Shown here piece by piece: positions 47,008 to 59,768 of a DNA stretch of 64,000 bases. Under the pieces are notes generated by a model. The model searched no databases. It saw only the letters and a list, made by a program, of their open reading frames with translations, and was not told where the DNA came from. Source of the DNA: Selaginella moellendorffii (taxonomy: Eukaryota; Plantae; Lycopodiophyta); assembly GCF_000143415.4 (NCBI RefSeq), contig NW_003314290.1, positions 682,001-746,000 on the forward strand. Reading direction: 5' to 3'. A program made the position numbers and the translations under genes. Each line of letters starts with the position of its first letter. The stretch's first letter is position 1.

Positions 47008-50000
47008 TTAACTGTCGAGTGTGATTCGATACTCTTCCAGTTCTCCATCTTGAGCAAGCTCACTCTCTCTAATCTCCCGGATCAGCCTCTCCATCTCCTC
47101 CACTCTCCCATCCCTGGCGCAGCACTCCAAAACGATCTTGTAACTCGCCAAGCTCGACACTCCCTTGATCTCCTCCAGCACCTCCATCGCTCGATCCAGC
47201 TTGCCGCTCTCCTTGCAAAGCTCCGCAAGAACAGCCTCAAACCCAGCCACCATCTCGCGCTTCTCCCTGCTGCCGCTTTGCTGCGACAAAACCTCGAGGC
47301 CCCTCTCCACCTTGCCGTGCTCGCACAAGCTCTTCACCAGCGTGTTCACCGTCAAGGCGTCTGGAACGCACTTCTCCGCGAGCATTCCTTGGAAGATCTC
47401 GTCGGCCTCGTCCGCGAGGCCCTCCATGCACAAGCACCGAACCAGCCCCTGCTCCGGCACCGAGCGCTTCTTCACCATCTTCCTGTGGATCTTCACGACG
47501 CTGCTGCTCCCACCCGGCTGCTTGCACAGCGCCACCATGAGCGCGTTGTAGAAGAATCCATTCGGAACCAAGTCCCGCTCGTGCATCGTCTCGAGCAGGC
47601 TTTGAGCCTCCGCGAGCTTGCCGTCGCTGGTTAGCGCGCTGAGGATGCTGTTGTAGGCCTCGGAGCCTGGCCTGTGATGCTCGGGAATGGCCTGTAGAAG
47701 CTTGAGAGCTTCGTCCACTCTCGCCACCGCGCAGAGGCCATCGATAAGCGAGAAGTACATCCCGGAAGTCGGCACCACCCCCGCTTCCAGCGAGCCATCG
47801 AAAAGAGCGAGAGCTTTGTCCACCATTTCCTGCTTGCAAAGTGCCGAGATGATGGTCCCATACGTGATGGTGTCCGGAACACAGCCTTTCTCCACCATAG
47901 CCACGAACAGCTCCAGAGCTTCGTCCACTTTCTCCAGGCCGCAGAGCCCCGAGATGAGGGAGTTGTACGTGTAGACGTTTGGAATGCAGCCTTTGGCCTC
48001 CATAGCGCCGAGGAGCCTGCGAGCATCATCGAGCTTGCCAGCCTTTCCCAGCCCGTCTATGAGAGCGCTGTAAGTCACCACGTCCGGAACTCGGCCCTTC
48101 TCGATCATTGCGTCGAAGAGAGTAATGGCCTCTTTGATCCTGCCTTCCTTGCAGAAGCCGTTGATGAGCGAGGTGCACGAGACGACGTCCGCCAGGAATC
48201 CACTCGTGCTCAGCAGCTCTCGGGCCTCGTCAACTTGCCTGGCTTTGCAAAGGCCGTCGACGAGGATGTTGTAAGTCACGACTGTTGGCTTGACACCTCT
48301 CTTGAGCATCTCCTTGAAAGTGGTCATGGCCTTCTTCCACTTCCCCGCCCTGCACTGGCCGCAGATGAGTGTGTTGAAAGAGATAGCGTTCGGCGAGCAT
48401 CCCTTCGCTTCCATGCCAGAGAGTAGAACCTCGGCCTCGTCCACTCTCTTCTCCTTGCACAGGCCGTTGATAACAGCGTTGTGGGAGACAACGTCAGGAA
48501 CGCAGCCTTTCTCGTCCATGTCTTTGAGCATGAGGAGAGCGTCCTCGACTCTGCCTGCCTTGCACAGCCCGTCGATAAACACCGTGTAAGTGATCGCATC
48601 CGGCTCCAGGCCGTGCTTTACCAAGCCGGAGAAGAGCTCGAAGGCTTCGTTCACTCTATCTTCTTTGAGCAGGCCATCGATGAGGATGTTGTACGTCGGC
48701 ACCTCAGGCTCGTAGCCTTGCTTCAGCACACTGCCGAAGAGCTTGAGTGCTTCCGAGACGCCCTGTTCTCTTGCCAGGCCATGGATGAGAGCGTTGTAGG
48801 AGACGATATCCGGCTTGCAGCCGTTCAATACCATCTTCTCGAGCAGCTGCCTGGCACTCTCCAAACGCTTGGCCTTGCCGAGGCCGTCGATCAAAGAGTT
48901 GTAAATGATCGTGTGAGGCCTCAGCCCGAGCTGGATCATCTCGTGGAAACACTTCATGGCCTCGTCAACCCTGAGCTCCCGGCACAGCCCGCTGATCAAA
49001 GTGCTGTAGGTGATCACGTTCGGAGAGAATCCCTTGTCGACAATCAGCATCCGAGCCTCGTCAACCCGGCCGTTCTTGCAAAGGCCGTTCACCAGAGAGT
49101 TGTAAGTCACCACGTCCGGAACCAAATTCTCGGACACCATCCTCTGGAGGATCCTCTGCGCCTCGTCCAGCTTGTCCGCCTTGCAGAAGCCATTTATGAG
49201 CGCGTTGTAAGTCACCACGTCGGGAACAAACCCCCGCTTCACGGCCCCGTCAAAGATCTTAAGCGCCTCGTCAAGCTCGCCGACCTTGCAGAATCCATGG
49301 AGGAGAGTGTTGTAAGTTACAACGTCTGGCGAGTATCCGGCCTTGATCATCCTCTCGTATAGCGCCTGGGCATCGCTCATCCTTCCACCATTGCAGAGGC
49401 CGCTGAGAAGAGCATTGTAAGTTATCCTGTTCGGCCAGAACCCGTGCTTCCTCATCCCATCGAAGACCGTCTGTGCGTCACCTATCCGGCTTGCTCGGCA
49501 AAGCCCGCTGATATAGATGTTGAAAGTGCTGATATCGCAGAGTCCCTTGACGAGGAGCTGCTCCACAAACCTGTGAGCCTTCTCGATCTTCCCGGACTTT
49601 AGCAAGGATCGTAGCAAGATCCCCACGGTGTAAGCGTCCGGCGAGTAGATCCTCACCAGCTTGTCATACACGGTGTGCATGACGTCGTACATCCGGTTGG
49701 AGAGAAGCAGCTCGAGCAGCAAGTTGTAAGCGTTGAGGCTCGGTCTGTGACCATTCCTCTCGGCCCACTCGAAGAGATCCAAAGCCACGCTTCCATCCTG
49801 TAAGTTCTTGAGAGCTTTGACGAACACGTTGGGACGTAAAGTCCCATTGCCACAGTCGAGGAGGCGATCGAAGTTCCCGAAAGCCGCCTCCTTGAGGACC
49901 TCGCTTGGAACATCGTAGGAGGAGAGGGCTGGGGCTCGGCTACCCGAAGGAGCATCCTCTTCCATCTTGAGGCTTGGAAGCTCTTGGACGGGAAGCTTCA

Positions 50001-50127
50001 CGGCCTCACACCTCTGGCTTGATGAGCAGGCATTCCTGTGATTGATCCTCCTCCGGCACTGGCGGGCGGGGACCCCTTGCTCCACGCGCCTGCCCAGAAA
50101 ATGCTTGTGGCAATCGACAAGCTCCAT
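47008..50127 (-). CDS. Intronless P-class PPR protein (1039 aa)
   Basis: More than 20 canonical 35-aa repeats (PDVVTYNxLIxGLCKxGRVDEA). Confidence 0.95.
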   Translation of the reverse strand: MELVDCHKHFLGRRVEQGVPARQCRRRINHRNACSSSQRCEAVKLPVQELPSLKMEEDAPSGSRAPALSSYDVPSEVLKEAAFGNFDRLLDCGNGTLRPNVFVKALKNLQDGSVALDLFEWAERNGHRPSLNAYNLLLELLLSNRMYDVMHTVYDKLVRIYSPDAYTVGILLRSLLKSGKIEKAHRFVEQLLVKGLCDISTFNIYISGLCRASRIGDAQTVFDGMRKHGFWPNRITYNALLSGLCNGGRMSDAQALYERMIKAGYSPDVVTYNTLLHGFCKVGELDEALKIFDGAVKRGFVPDVVTYNALINGFCKADKLDEAQRILQRMVSENLVPDVVTYNSLVNGLCKNGRVDEARMLIVDKGFSPNVITYSTLISGLCRELRVDEAMKCFHEMIQLGLRPHTIIYNSLIDGLGKAKRLESARQLLEKMVLNGCKPDIVSYNALIHGLAREQGVSEALKLFGSVLKQGYEPEVPTYNILIDGLLKEDRVNEAFELFSGLVKHGLEPDAITYTVFIDGLCKAGRVEDALLMLKDMDEKGCVPDVVSHNAVINGLCKEKRVDEAEVLLSGMEAKGCSPNAISFNTLICGQCRAGKWKKAMTTFKEMLKRGVKPTVVTYNILVDGLCKARQVDEARELLSTSGFLADVVSCTSLINGFCKEGRIKEAITLFDAMIEKGRVPDVVTYSALIDGLGKAGKLDDARRLLGAMEAKGCIPNVYTYNSLISGLCGLEKVDEALELFVAMVEKGCVPDTITYGTIISALCKQEMVDKALALFDGSLEAGVVPTSGMYFSLIDGLCAVARVDEALKLLQAIPEHHRPGSEAYNSILSALTSDGKLAEAQSLLETMHERDLVPNGFFYNALMVALCKQPGGSSSVVKIHRKMVKKRSVPEQGLVRCLCMEGLADEADEIFQGMLAEKCVPDALTVNTLVKSLCEHGKVERGLEVLSQQSGSREKREMVAGFEAVLAELCKESGKLDRAMEVLEEIKGVSSLASYKIVLECCARDGRVEEMERLIREIRESELAQDGELEEYRITLDS

Positions 50128-53100
50128 AGCTGCCCTATGAAGCTATGGAACTAAAAATCGCGGAAGTGATGCGATCTAATAGAATGCTGCCTAGCATTTA
50201 TCACCCAGAATCTATAAATTACATCCTCGGATTGCAGGATTGCTGCCGGCACGAGCTGCGACGCTGGAATCCACACTTTCAGCCATAAACCCTAAGCCAT
50301 ATCCTGTACCCCTTTGAAACTCGAATATCCTTAGATATTTTGGGAGATTAGGGCTAGTGTTTAAGGGTTAATAGAATATACCGTTCAAGCCAGGTACATA
50401 GATTTTAATTTAGATAAGTCACCATTTCTTTTTCTTTTATTACATATTAAGATCCTAGAATTCTGGATAATGAAATGTGAGTCTTTATTTTGGATCACTG
50501 GCTTCTCAAGTGATGAAATATGATATTTGGAATATTAGTTAATACTTTTCTTAAAATGCTGGATTATTATCTAAGAGAATCCTCTCCAATAAAAATGTTA
50601 AAACACCACTTAATTGAGGAGGAGATACATAATAAAGGCCTTTTCCATAGTGAATTTGTGGTAAGAAGTATGTCATTATTGCCTCAAATATTTTTCTTTA
50701 AAAATATTAATAAATTTTTTTTAATAAGTATCATGAAAATCATATTTACATAATATGCATAAATTATTTACCAGAGTCTTCATAAATAACATTTAAAATC
50801 ATAATAAATTATAATTCAATATTTTTAATCTATATTTTAAAAAAATTTCTTGAGAAAACCCTAGGAGAAGAGGTAAATTAGGATTACTAGAAGCAATACT
50901 TATTCAAATATTAGATGGTCTAAATCCATAACCTGATTAAGCTTATATTAGTATTTTTTTATTTATATAGTGTATAGCCATTGTCGCGAATGTGACTGCA
51001 AGTATTGAAAATTACTAATTAATTAGTCCTTTTGGATATTCTTTCTTTACTGCCATGATGGTAAAAGATTAGTATTATTAGTTCATTTTTCAGTTTATGC
51101 TCAAGCTAATTGAGAAACTGGTGATCATGTATATACTTATACCGGATAAATATAAAGTAAGAACTCTTATGTGTTTCTTGTTGAGCATATTCGATCTGGT
51201 ATAAAAAACTATTATGTTAATTTGTATTTGCTAGTGTTAAGAACTCCTATGATATTGAGTTTGATCCCTTAATATTCACTAGATTATAGTTTACTGTGCC
51301 TGTCAAACACTCTTGCTGTCATGCACCTTATATTAGTTTTATTTGTTTTCAATTGCTATTTATGGAAAGTGTCTAGATTTGCTAATTTGGCATATCTATA
51401 AAATATATGAATTGTCCTAAATACAATGGTGTTGGTTTTATATCCAAAATTGCAATCCAATGTCATTCCATATTTATTAAGTTTTAAGTTAGTCATAAAG
51501 AATAACTCTTAGTACTAAGAGTGGCTAAAGGTGAAAGCCCAAAGCATGTGTTCTTCAAGAGGGGGGGGGGGGGGGGGGGGGGGTGGCGTTTTTTTCTAAA
51601 ATTAAAAAAGGGAAAATGGGGAGGTTAGGCATAACTAACCCACTTAAAAAAAAGGTTAACCCTTGGTTGCAAATTTAACTTTTTTTTGCAATTGGGTTAA
51701 GGCCAAACCTAAGGGCCCCCCCCTCTTAGCTAGGGGGGGACCCCTATTCCTATTTTAGGCCCCCCGGTTACTAAAAAAAAACTAGACCCCCTTTAAATCT
51801 TTTTTGGAGGTTGGTCCTAGCATTTAGTGCATATAGTTTTTACCCTGTGTCTTATGGTGATCTACCATAGGATAACTACAAAACGGAACTTAAACCTCTA
51901 TATGCCATATATCACATGCCACATGCCACATGCCACGTGTCCAAAAGACAGTGGTGCGGAACCCGAGTTTCAAGGCCCTAGGCCATTGAACGAAGGAATG
52001 GAGCCAAACTCTTAAACTTGGAGTGTTGGCACTAGAGCACGGAACAACTCCCTAGCGTACAGCATAAGGAGCGAGGGGATAGAAGCACGGAGCAACTTAG
52101 AATAGTCTTAGAATATCCAACATGCTAATGCCAAGACCAGCATGCAAAATGGAGCCAAACGGAGTTTGGTGTTATTTTAGCATACTGGTGGCCTAATGTG
52201 AGGACATGGGTACTCCACTAGCTAACATGGTTTGAAGCTTGGGATTAGACCCAAGCCGGATGTAGAACAAGGACAGGCATGCAAGCAGGAGCTAAACTAT
52301 ACCTCAGGTTGGTCGACCATGCCTGATTTACCCACTATCCCTACTATACATTTAGAACCCTTCATAGCATTTCTAGGACAAGCTTGAAACTTATTAAATA
52401 TGGAATGTTCTTAGATTGAGAATTTGGACATAGGACGAACACCATTATGTTTAGAACAATCTCTACATTCCATAGATATGCTAAATAAGCAAATTTAGAC
52501 ACTTTCTATAAATAGCATTTTGGACTGAAATGAGACTAACACAAAGGGCATGATAGTGAGGGTGTTTGGCAGACATAATAAACTATCATCTAACAATATT
52601 GAGAGACTAGTCTCAATACGCAAGGGTTTTTGTTAAGCCAATGCAAAATAGAGCAAAAGAGAACTAAGAGCCAAGCTGAGTATGCTCAACTAGAAATACA
52701 TAGGAGTTCCTACCTTATGTCTATTTGTCTAAGTATAGGTGTTAAGCCGAGTAAACTAACACTTGAACAAAAGGGGCTGATAAAGGGAATCAGAAATACT
52801 GACTTCTTGCCGTCATAGCAGTAAGGAAAGAGTGTCTGTAAGGACTGGCTGACAGGTAACTTTTGATACCCAAAGTCACATTTACAACACTCTCCCCCTT
52901 TTATGGAAGATCAATGTCCTCGTTGATGCATACTCGAGTCTAGACCACCGGCAAGGAAACAACTTTAAAAAAAGTTCACGATGATCACACTATGTGAGAA
53001 ATGCACCAACTTAAATGAGTGAGGGTAACCTTTTTGACTAATGTAGATGCGTTACTAACTTAGACACCTTCCGGCCGTCACTAACAAGGAAATGACCAAT

Positions 53101-54463
53101 GGAGTTAACCACTCTTGCTGCTCTAGGTGTCATCCAGCTTACAAAAGTGTGATACACCTCTGCCCCAAGTGACATAGAGAGAGAAGCCATAGGCCCAACC
53201 CTTCTGAGCAAAGAAACCAAACCCATCGGTAAAGTTTAAATAGAGTATGGTAAATAGGCAGTTAGAGTTGTTTACATGGTCACGCCCTTTTTATGGAATA
53301 AGGAACATCGACAAAGAGGCAGGTGATGTCACCAATTGATAGTAGCTACCCCATGACTAAAAATTTCACCATGCACACAAAGTGCTGAAGCTAATTTGCC
53401 TATATTAGCCCAAACTCAAAGATTAATAGATGGACAATATCACAGTCAAAAACAATGATATCTTAGAGACTTAATTATTAGTGTTCCTATACTCTAATAT
53501 TAGTTTATCGAATGATAACTTACTTAGAATACATTTGTGTTCTAATCTAAGATTTATTCCACTAATATGTAAGCGACTAAATTTTCCATTCTACTTTAGT
53601 CACTTAACCACATCTTCGACCATTTCGAGGAATCTCACTCACAACCTCCATAAGTTCTATTCCGGACTTAGGGTTTGCCATCCCTAAGAATGGCATCCAT
53701 GCTACTCAACTTTTGCACTTGGTCCTAATGCTCCATGTGTTTGATCCCATAGTCAACACCTTAAAGTATCATTGACATATCAACTCGTTACGCTAAAGCC
53801 ATGCCTATTCACCTTGGTCACACCAGTGGTCTAACACCACCTACATCACAGTCCTGTCTCAAAGATTGGGCCATTTGTCCATGAGTGATCATCCTAGATC
53901 CACTGTTTAGCATCCTTAAGAGGCCCACAGACATGGGGAATAACTTTCCCCAATATCCCTTGTTTGGTCCCCACTAAGTCCCTTTCTGTCTATGGCTATG
54001 TTCGCCAACACCGCCACTGGATCAAGGCCCACAAGCCCGAGCACTAAGTCCTCTTCTTCTTTAGGACTTCCTTGTTATGTGACCACATCCTTGGTCACTA
54101 CACCAGAGGACCACTCATCTTCCTTTCCACCATCTGGGACTCTAGGATAACATTTCGGAACACCATGGCCCTACACGGGCCTTATGGGTATTCTCTTTGC
54201 CTTCTGCCTTTGGGTGCTCTAGCCATGGGCTTAGAGCAAGGTTCTATTGAGCCACACTAGGTATCGAAATAGGTAATGCCACCCACACTTGGACTGGGAG
54301 TATTGATCATTTGATTTGCCAGGGGAATTAGAGCTAGCTCTTGAACACTTCACCAAGTTACCCCATTTGTCGGTCCGTATTCACTCTAGCTTTGGACTTC
54401 CCAGTGGTCATCTCATCACCCAACAGTTGGGTATGGCCTTTCTGGGCCAAACTGGCTCCAGTG

Positions 54464-54980
54464 GGACTCGAACTCAAACTTGGACTCGGTCTCGGTCTTG
54501 GTTTCGGACTCAGACTTGGGCTCGGTCTTAGTCTCAGTCTTGGTCTCAGATTCCATCTCGGACTCCATCTCAGACTCCATCTTGGGTCTATCTCAGACTC
54601 CATATTGGACTCCATCTCGGGTCCATCTTGGATCCATCTCAAACTCCATCTTGGACTCCATCTCGGGTCCATCTTGGGTCCATCTCGGACTCCATCTTGG
54701 ACTCCATCTTAGGTCCATCTCGGACTCCATCTCGGACTTCATCTTGGGTCCATCTCAGACTCCATCTCAGGTCCATTTCAAACTCCATCCTAGACTCCAT
54801 CTCAGGTCCATCTCAGGTCCATCTCGGACTCCATCTCATACTCCATCTATGGTCCATATCGGGTCCATCTCAAACTCCATCTCGGACTCCATCTTGTGTC
54901 CATCTTGGGTTCATCTCGGACTCCATCTCGGGTCCATCTCGGGTCCATCTCAGACTCCATCTCAGACTCTTTCTCAGACA
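54464..54980. repeat. 6/11/12-bp minisatellite (CTCGGA; CTCGGACTCCAT; CTCGGGTCCAT)
   Basis: Directly visible tandem array. Confidence 0.92.
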
Positions 54981-55204
54981 CTTTCATGTGTCATGTGTTG
55001 GTCCTCTTGTGTTTGTTTTCTAGAGGCTCACTTATTGCTTACTTCATGCTTGTTCATTGAGCACTTCATTAGGAGTTCCACTCCCGCTCTTGACCTTTCA
55101 AGTCGGAGCTTTTAGTCCAAATTGTAAGGAACCAACTCCCCGAGGTGTTGTAAGCTAAAGGATCCTCGAAAACATGACCGAAATGATAAAGAATTCATTA
55201 GATG

Positions 55205-55430
55205 GAACTGAGTCTGAGATCGAGTCCAAGACCGAGTTTGAGACCGAGTTCAAGACCAAGCTTGAGACAGAGTCCGAGATCCGAGATCAGGTCCGAGACC
55301 GAGTCCGAGTTTAAGTCCGAGTTCGAGTCTGAGGTCGGGTCTGAGGTTGAGTCCGAGATTGAGTTCAAGACTGAGTCCGAGGTTAGGTCCGAGATCGAGT
55401 TTGAGATCGAGTCCGAGACCGAGTCCAAGT
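55205..55430. repeat. Hexamer array (GAGTCC/GAGACC/GAGATC)
   Basis: Directly visible; reverse-complement relative of 54464-54550. Confidence 0.9.
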
Positions 55431-55837
55431 ACTAATACAAGTCAAGGGGTTGAAGCCCAAAGCGTGCGTCTCCCAAGGGGGGGGGAGGGGGGGGGGGGGG
55501 AGCATTGTAGGGGATTCCAAAAGTATAGTAGGGATAATGAGGTCCAAGAATCAGTCTTGAAAGAACTCTCTAGTGGTGCTTCCAAACTGATTTGAGGTTG
55601 ATACTGAGGCCGAGGGGCCTTGAGTGGGAGTGAGCATGGACTCGGGTGGTGCCAAAAGGGCCACCCAAGGAAGTGGCCAAAAGCAGCTCCCACTCTCAGA
55701 AGGGAAACTGACTGTAGTGCTTATGACTCATGTGGAGTTGTGCCCCACTTGAGTGCCTTGCGGCTCATTGGTCCTCACCCTTCCTAGGGGCTTGGGCCTT
55801 CCCTTCGGGATGGAGGTGGGGGGTGGGGGGTAGAGGG

Positions 55838-56310
55838 CCGTTAGGCCATGGTGTTTCCCCCTAGCGTCCCGAAGCAAGTGTTACACCCAAGGCTTAGGAT
55901 TTAGAGGGTCCTATGATCAAGTCTTATTGTACCAAGGGATGTTAAGAACTTAAAGGTTTGGTGTGCTTGGCTGCTTATGCTTGTGGGGAGTGTAGCCAAA
56001 CCTTAAATCCAGTCTAACCTAGAAAGGGGGATTAGGAGAGATTTGGGAATCTGTGGAGGGGGCGGGGGGGGGAAGTAGAGGTACCTATACTAGACCGTTA
56101 GGTTAAAGTGTTTCCCCCCGACATCCTAAAGCAAGTGTTGCACCCAAGGCTTTGGATTTAGAGGGTCCTATGATCAAGTCTTGTTGTACTAAGGGATGTT
56201 AAAAACTTGGAAGCTTAGTGTGCTTGACTGCTTGTGCCTGTGGGGAATGTAGCTGAATTTTAAGTTCAGTCTAACTTGGGGAGGGGGATTGGGAGAGATT
56301 TGGGAATCCA
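55838..56310. repeat. Tandem direct duplication, period ~257 bp
   Basis: CCGTTAGG...GGATTTAGAGGGTCCTATGATCAAGTCTT...GAGAGATTTGGGAATC occurs twice (55838-56050 and 56095-56309). Confidence 0.9.
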
Positions 56311-56714
56311 TGGATGGATGGCTAACGCTCTGTTGCTTGTGCAGTGAGTAGTTAAAACTAAGTATAAGCTGGTACAATAGGCAGGTACCTTGGTGAGGGA
56401 ACTTAGCTAAAACCAAGGCAGTGCTGGTCGGATAGACAAAGTAAGCTAGCAAATTGGAAAGGAAAAGTTTTGTGGCTTACACAAATGTATTATGCTCGTT
56501 TAGCTTTCACTTCAACCACTACCACGTGGCACCCTTTCGGCTCCACTTTGGGGCTTAGGGATTTGTGTCTCACACAAAATCTTCATTTTTGAAAATATAG
56601 GATTCATTATTTAACAAAATTCAATAGCAAGTATACCATCAATAACACTTGATGATAAAACTTAATTATTAAAGATTTTAGATAACATGCTAGACAACTT
56701 ACAAAAGATAACTC

Positions 56715-56814
56715 NNNNNNNNNNNNNNNNNNNNNNNNNNNNNNNNNNNNNNNNNNNNNNNNNNNNNNNNNNNNNNNNNNNNNNNNNNNNNNNNNNNNNN
56801 NNNNNNNNNNNNNN
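56715..56814. other. Assembly gap (100 N)
   Basis: Run of N. Confidence 1.
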
Positions 56815-58955
56815 ATGAACCGCAGACTCACACACGTTACCAAAAAGGAAACAATATCACAATTTATCAGAACTAACTTGAGCAATAATCAACAAATCAG
56901 AATGAATATGGGAAGATCAACAAACACTCATTCATGCTAACTATCATACTAGTTAATTTGAATAAATCTTAGTCAAGAATACAAAGGAACCTAAATTGCT
57001 TTTGCGAGCGTTAATAACATTTTATCGATATCTCAAACTCAAGAGACCAATCCAAAACAAACCACAAGGAATAAGTGGTATCAGCGCAAATGGCACGGGT
57101 TTGATTCCCATTGATTAGTGGCTACTTAAAAATATAATATACCCTTGAGCAAAATATATTCTTACCCCAAAATTTGAAATCATACGTATTAGGCATCCAT
57201 GTATATGTCCTTCCTTTTGGTGGAGCATCCATGGACAAAGGTATCCACTGTTAGACTGTAATATGAGTGGATGACTAATTGTCTCACATAGAATAATTAA
57301 TTTACATAATGGAAGGATTGATAGATTTAATATGAAAATGGAGGTGATGGTTCCCCTTGGCTCAATAGAGGTTGTTAGTCAATAGTCAATGAAGATATTG
57401 ACATCTTTGAAAGGGGGTGTATTAATTAATAGTTAATAAGGACATTGACATCTCTAAAGGAGGGGTGAGTGTAGTGTATGTGATCATGGGATGAGATTTA
57501 TATATACTGTCATCGTAGATCTTTGGAACTTTGGGGGATAAATAGGGATAAAATAGCTATTAAAGGCTCTTTCAAAAGAGAGATAGGGTGCACTGCAATT
57601 AAGATGTTAAAAGCTCTAAGATTGTTCAAATATCATTTCAGGCTCCTATCCCTTGGCTTCTTGAGTTGAATGATCAAAAGTTACTTTGTGCTTTAGTTTC
57701 TTCACTCCTTGATTGCAAGTTTGGGAGTTTGGTTTTATTCCTTCATTTAGTGGCCCAAAGCCTTTAAACTTGGCATTATCCTTAGATATATGGCATGTGG
57801 CACATAGCATGTGACATGTGGCATATAGAGAGTTTAGGTTTTGCTTTGTGGTTATCTTATAGTAAATCACTATAGGATAAAGAGTGAAAACCACATACAC
57901 TACAACCACACTTTTCAAGATTTAGCCACACTCTATTTCACAAGATCACAAACCCTAAATACATCAAAAAGTTCTACCTAAAGTTATATTGTAGATGTTT
58001 GAGTTTGAAAAAGTGTTTCTAAAGTTGTTGGAGCACATTTGACATATCATAAACACATGACATCAGTGTGGATTAACAAAATGTTTAAATATATTTATGA
58101 AAAATCTTGAAAACCTTTTAATATTTCATCCATCATATGCTGAAATATAACAAAGGCAAGGACAATGACTAAATGGCATCACCATGAATTCATATAAACC
58201 CATTAAAGTTTAAAGAAATTGTCTTTGCTATATTAATATGGTCTATAAATATTTGCCAATACCCTAATGCCAGGTCCAAGATGGTGAAATAATTATTGTT
58301 CTTTAAAATATCCATCAAATTATCAACCTAAAGTAAAAATATAAGTAATCAACTATGATATAGTTTAAAGGACAATAGTCAACTATAAAATGTTTCATCC
58401 CTTCTAGTTTAGGAATAAGATATACCTCTATAACCCAAGAACTAAATGACTTGCAAATAACTTCTAAATTAGGCATTTTTTCATGTATTTGCTCATTTGC
58501 TCTTTCTCTAAAGGAGATTAATGTGTAATTGAGATCAGAATGTAATAAAGTTAAAAAAGTTTTAAAAAACTTTATTTTGTGTTTTTAAGTATCTAAATTT
58601 TATTTATTTATTTTTAAATGATATATTAACATGTTATAATTTATGATTTGGGCATATTTTTGAGCTTAATAGAAGGTATGACATTAGACAAATTGTTTTT
58701 TACTCCCATTTTATTGGTCTACTTTTATGTGTATTAAACATATATTATCCATAACAATAATGTATTTTAAGAGTTAAAATTTTATTCTTAAAGTAATATA
58801 TATAATGATGAATGCCTATATTGTTTACAAATAATAGCAGATTAAATGCAATAGTTTATTCATTCTTAAACTTTAAAGTAGATATTTGCTAATAATGTTT
58901 TTTGAGGGTTTTGCAGTGCCCAGCTTGAGCATACAATGGGCAAACTAAAACTCCC

Positions 58956-59493
58956 TTATATGAACTACTTAAAATAAACTGGTGGAGAATAATAAGAATA
59001 TCAAGGAGTACAACTATAGTTAATATGTTATCTGATATCATTCTTATCTCACTACAACACAAGCATGTGTTATTATACAGGCTATGTGAATTCTAGAGAA
59101 TTATAAGCAATTTTGATAGAACAGTAATAGTTTCAAAGTCTTGTGTGGGTATGCAATTACATCTGTTCTGAATNNNNNNNNNNNNNNNNNNNNNNNNNNN
59201 NNNNNNNNNNNNNNNNNNNNNNNNNNNNNNNNNNNNNNNNNNNNNNNNNNNNNNNNNNNNNNNNNNNNNNNNNCTTATATGAACTACTTAAAATAAACTG
59301 GTGGAGAATAATAAAGAATTTCAAAGAATACAACTATAGTTAATATGTTACCTGATATCATTCTTATCTCACTGCAACACAAGCATGTATTATTACACAG
59401 GCTATGTGAATTCTAGAGAATTATAAGCAATTTTGATGGAACAGTAATAGTTTCAAAGTCTTGTGTGGGTATGCAACTACATCTGTTCTGAAT
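58956..59493. repeat. ~218-bp direct repeat flanking the assembly gap 59174-59273
   Basis: 58956-59173 matches 59274-59493 with a few differences. Confidence 0.92.
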
Positions 59494-59768
59494 CGGAAGA
59501 TCTATATTTAAGGAATATACCAAAGAGAATCCATCTAGCCAACGGTCCATGAACCCTAACCAGGTACTTTACTTTTACTCGGAGGAAAAATCCGTCCGTC
59601 CATTTTCATCCAATAGCGACCAAGGTTTTCAATCCACCGGCATTCCCATCAATCGATCGCACTCCCAAGTTTTCCGAGGTAAGAAGCCCAGCGATTCCAA
59701 AAGCTCGCGGTCCCTTGCCCAGCATTTGGGCAACACCCAGGATCACGATCACTGCAAAGAACAGAGCA

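Larger units (their letters stand above)
50950..58000. mobile_element. Nested LTR-retroelement remnants
   Basis: LTR-like terminus at 52854 with homologues at 10788 and ~51030-51095. PPT-like AAAAGGGGGAGAG followed by TGTTG on the minus strand at 52885-52902. 51827-52020 is homologous to the reverse complement of ~57715-57900. PBS-like TGGTATCAGCGC at 57076. No recognisable gag or pol. Confidence 0.6.

Noticed and set aside
51560-51810. Long G-run and homopolymer-rich stretch
   Set aside because: Looks like low-quality read sequence
54316-55595. Low-complexity ORFs (GLGL, SDSI, ESEF repeats)
   Set aside because: By-products of minisatellite periodicity
58956-59493. Duplication flanking the N gap as a biological repeat
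   Set aside because: Most simply an unmerged contig or haplotype overlap; cannot be resolved without reads
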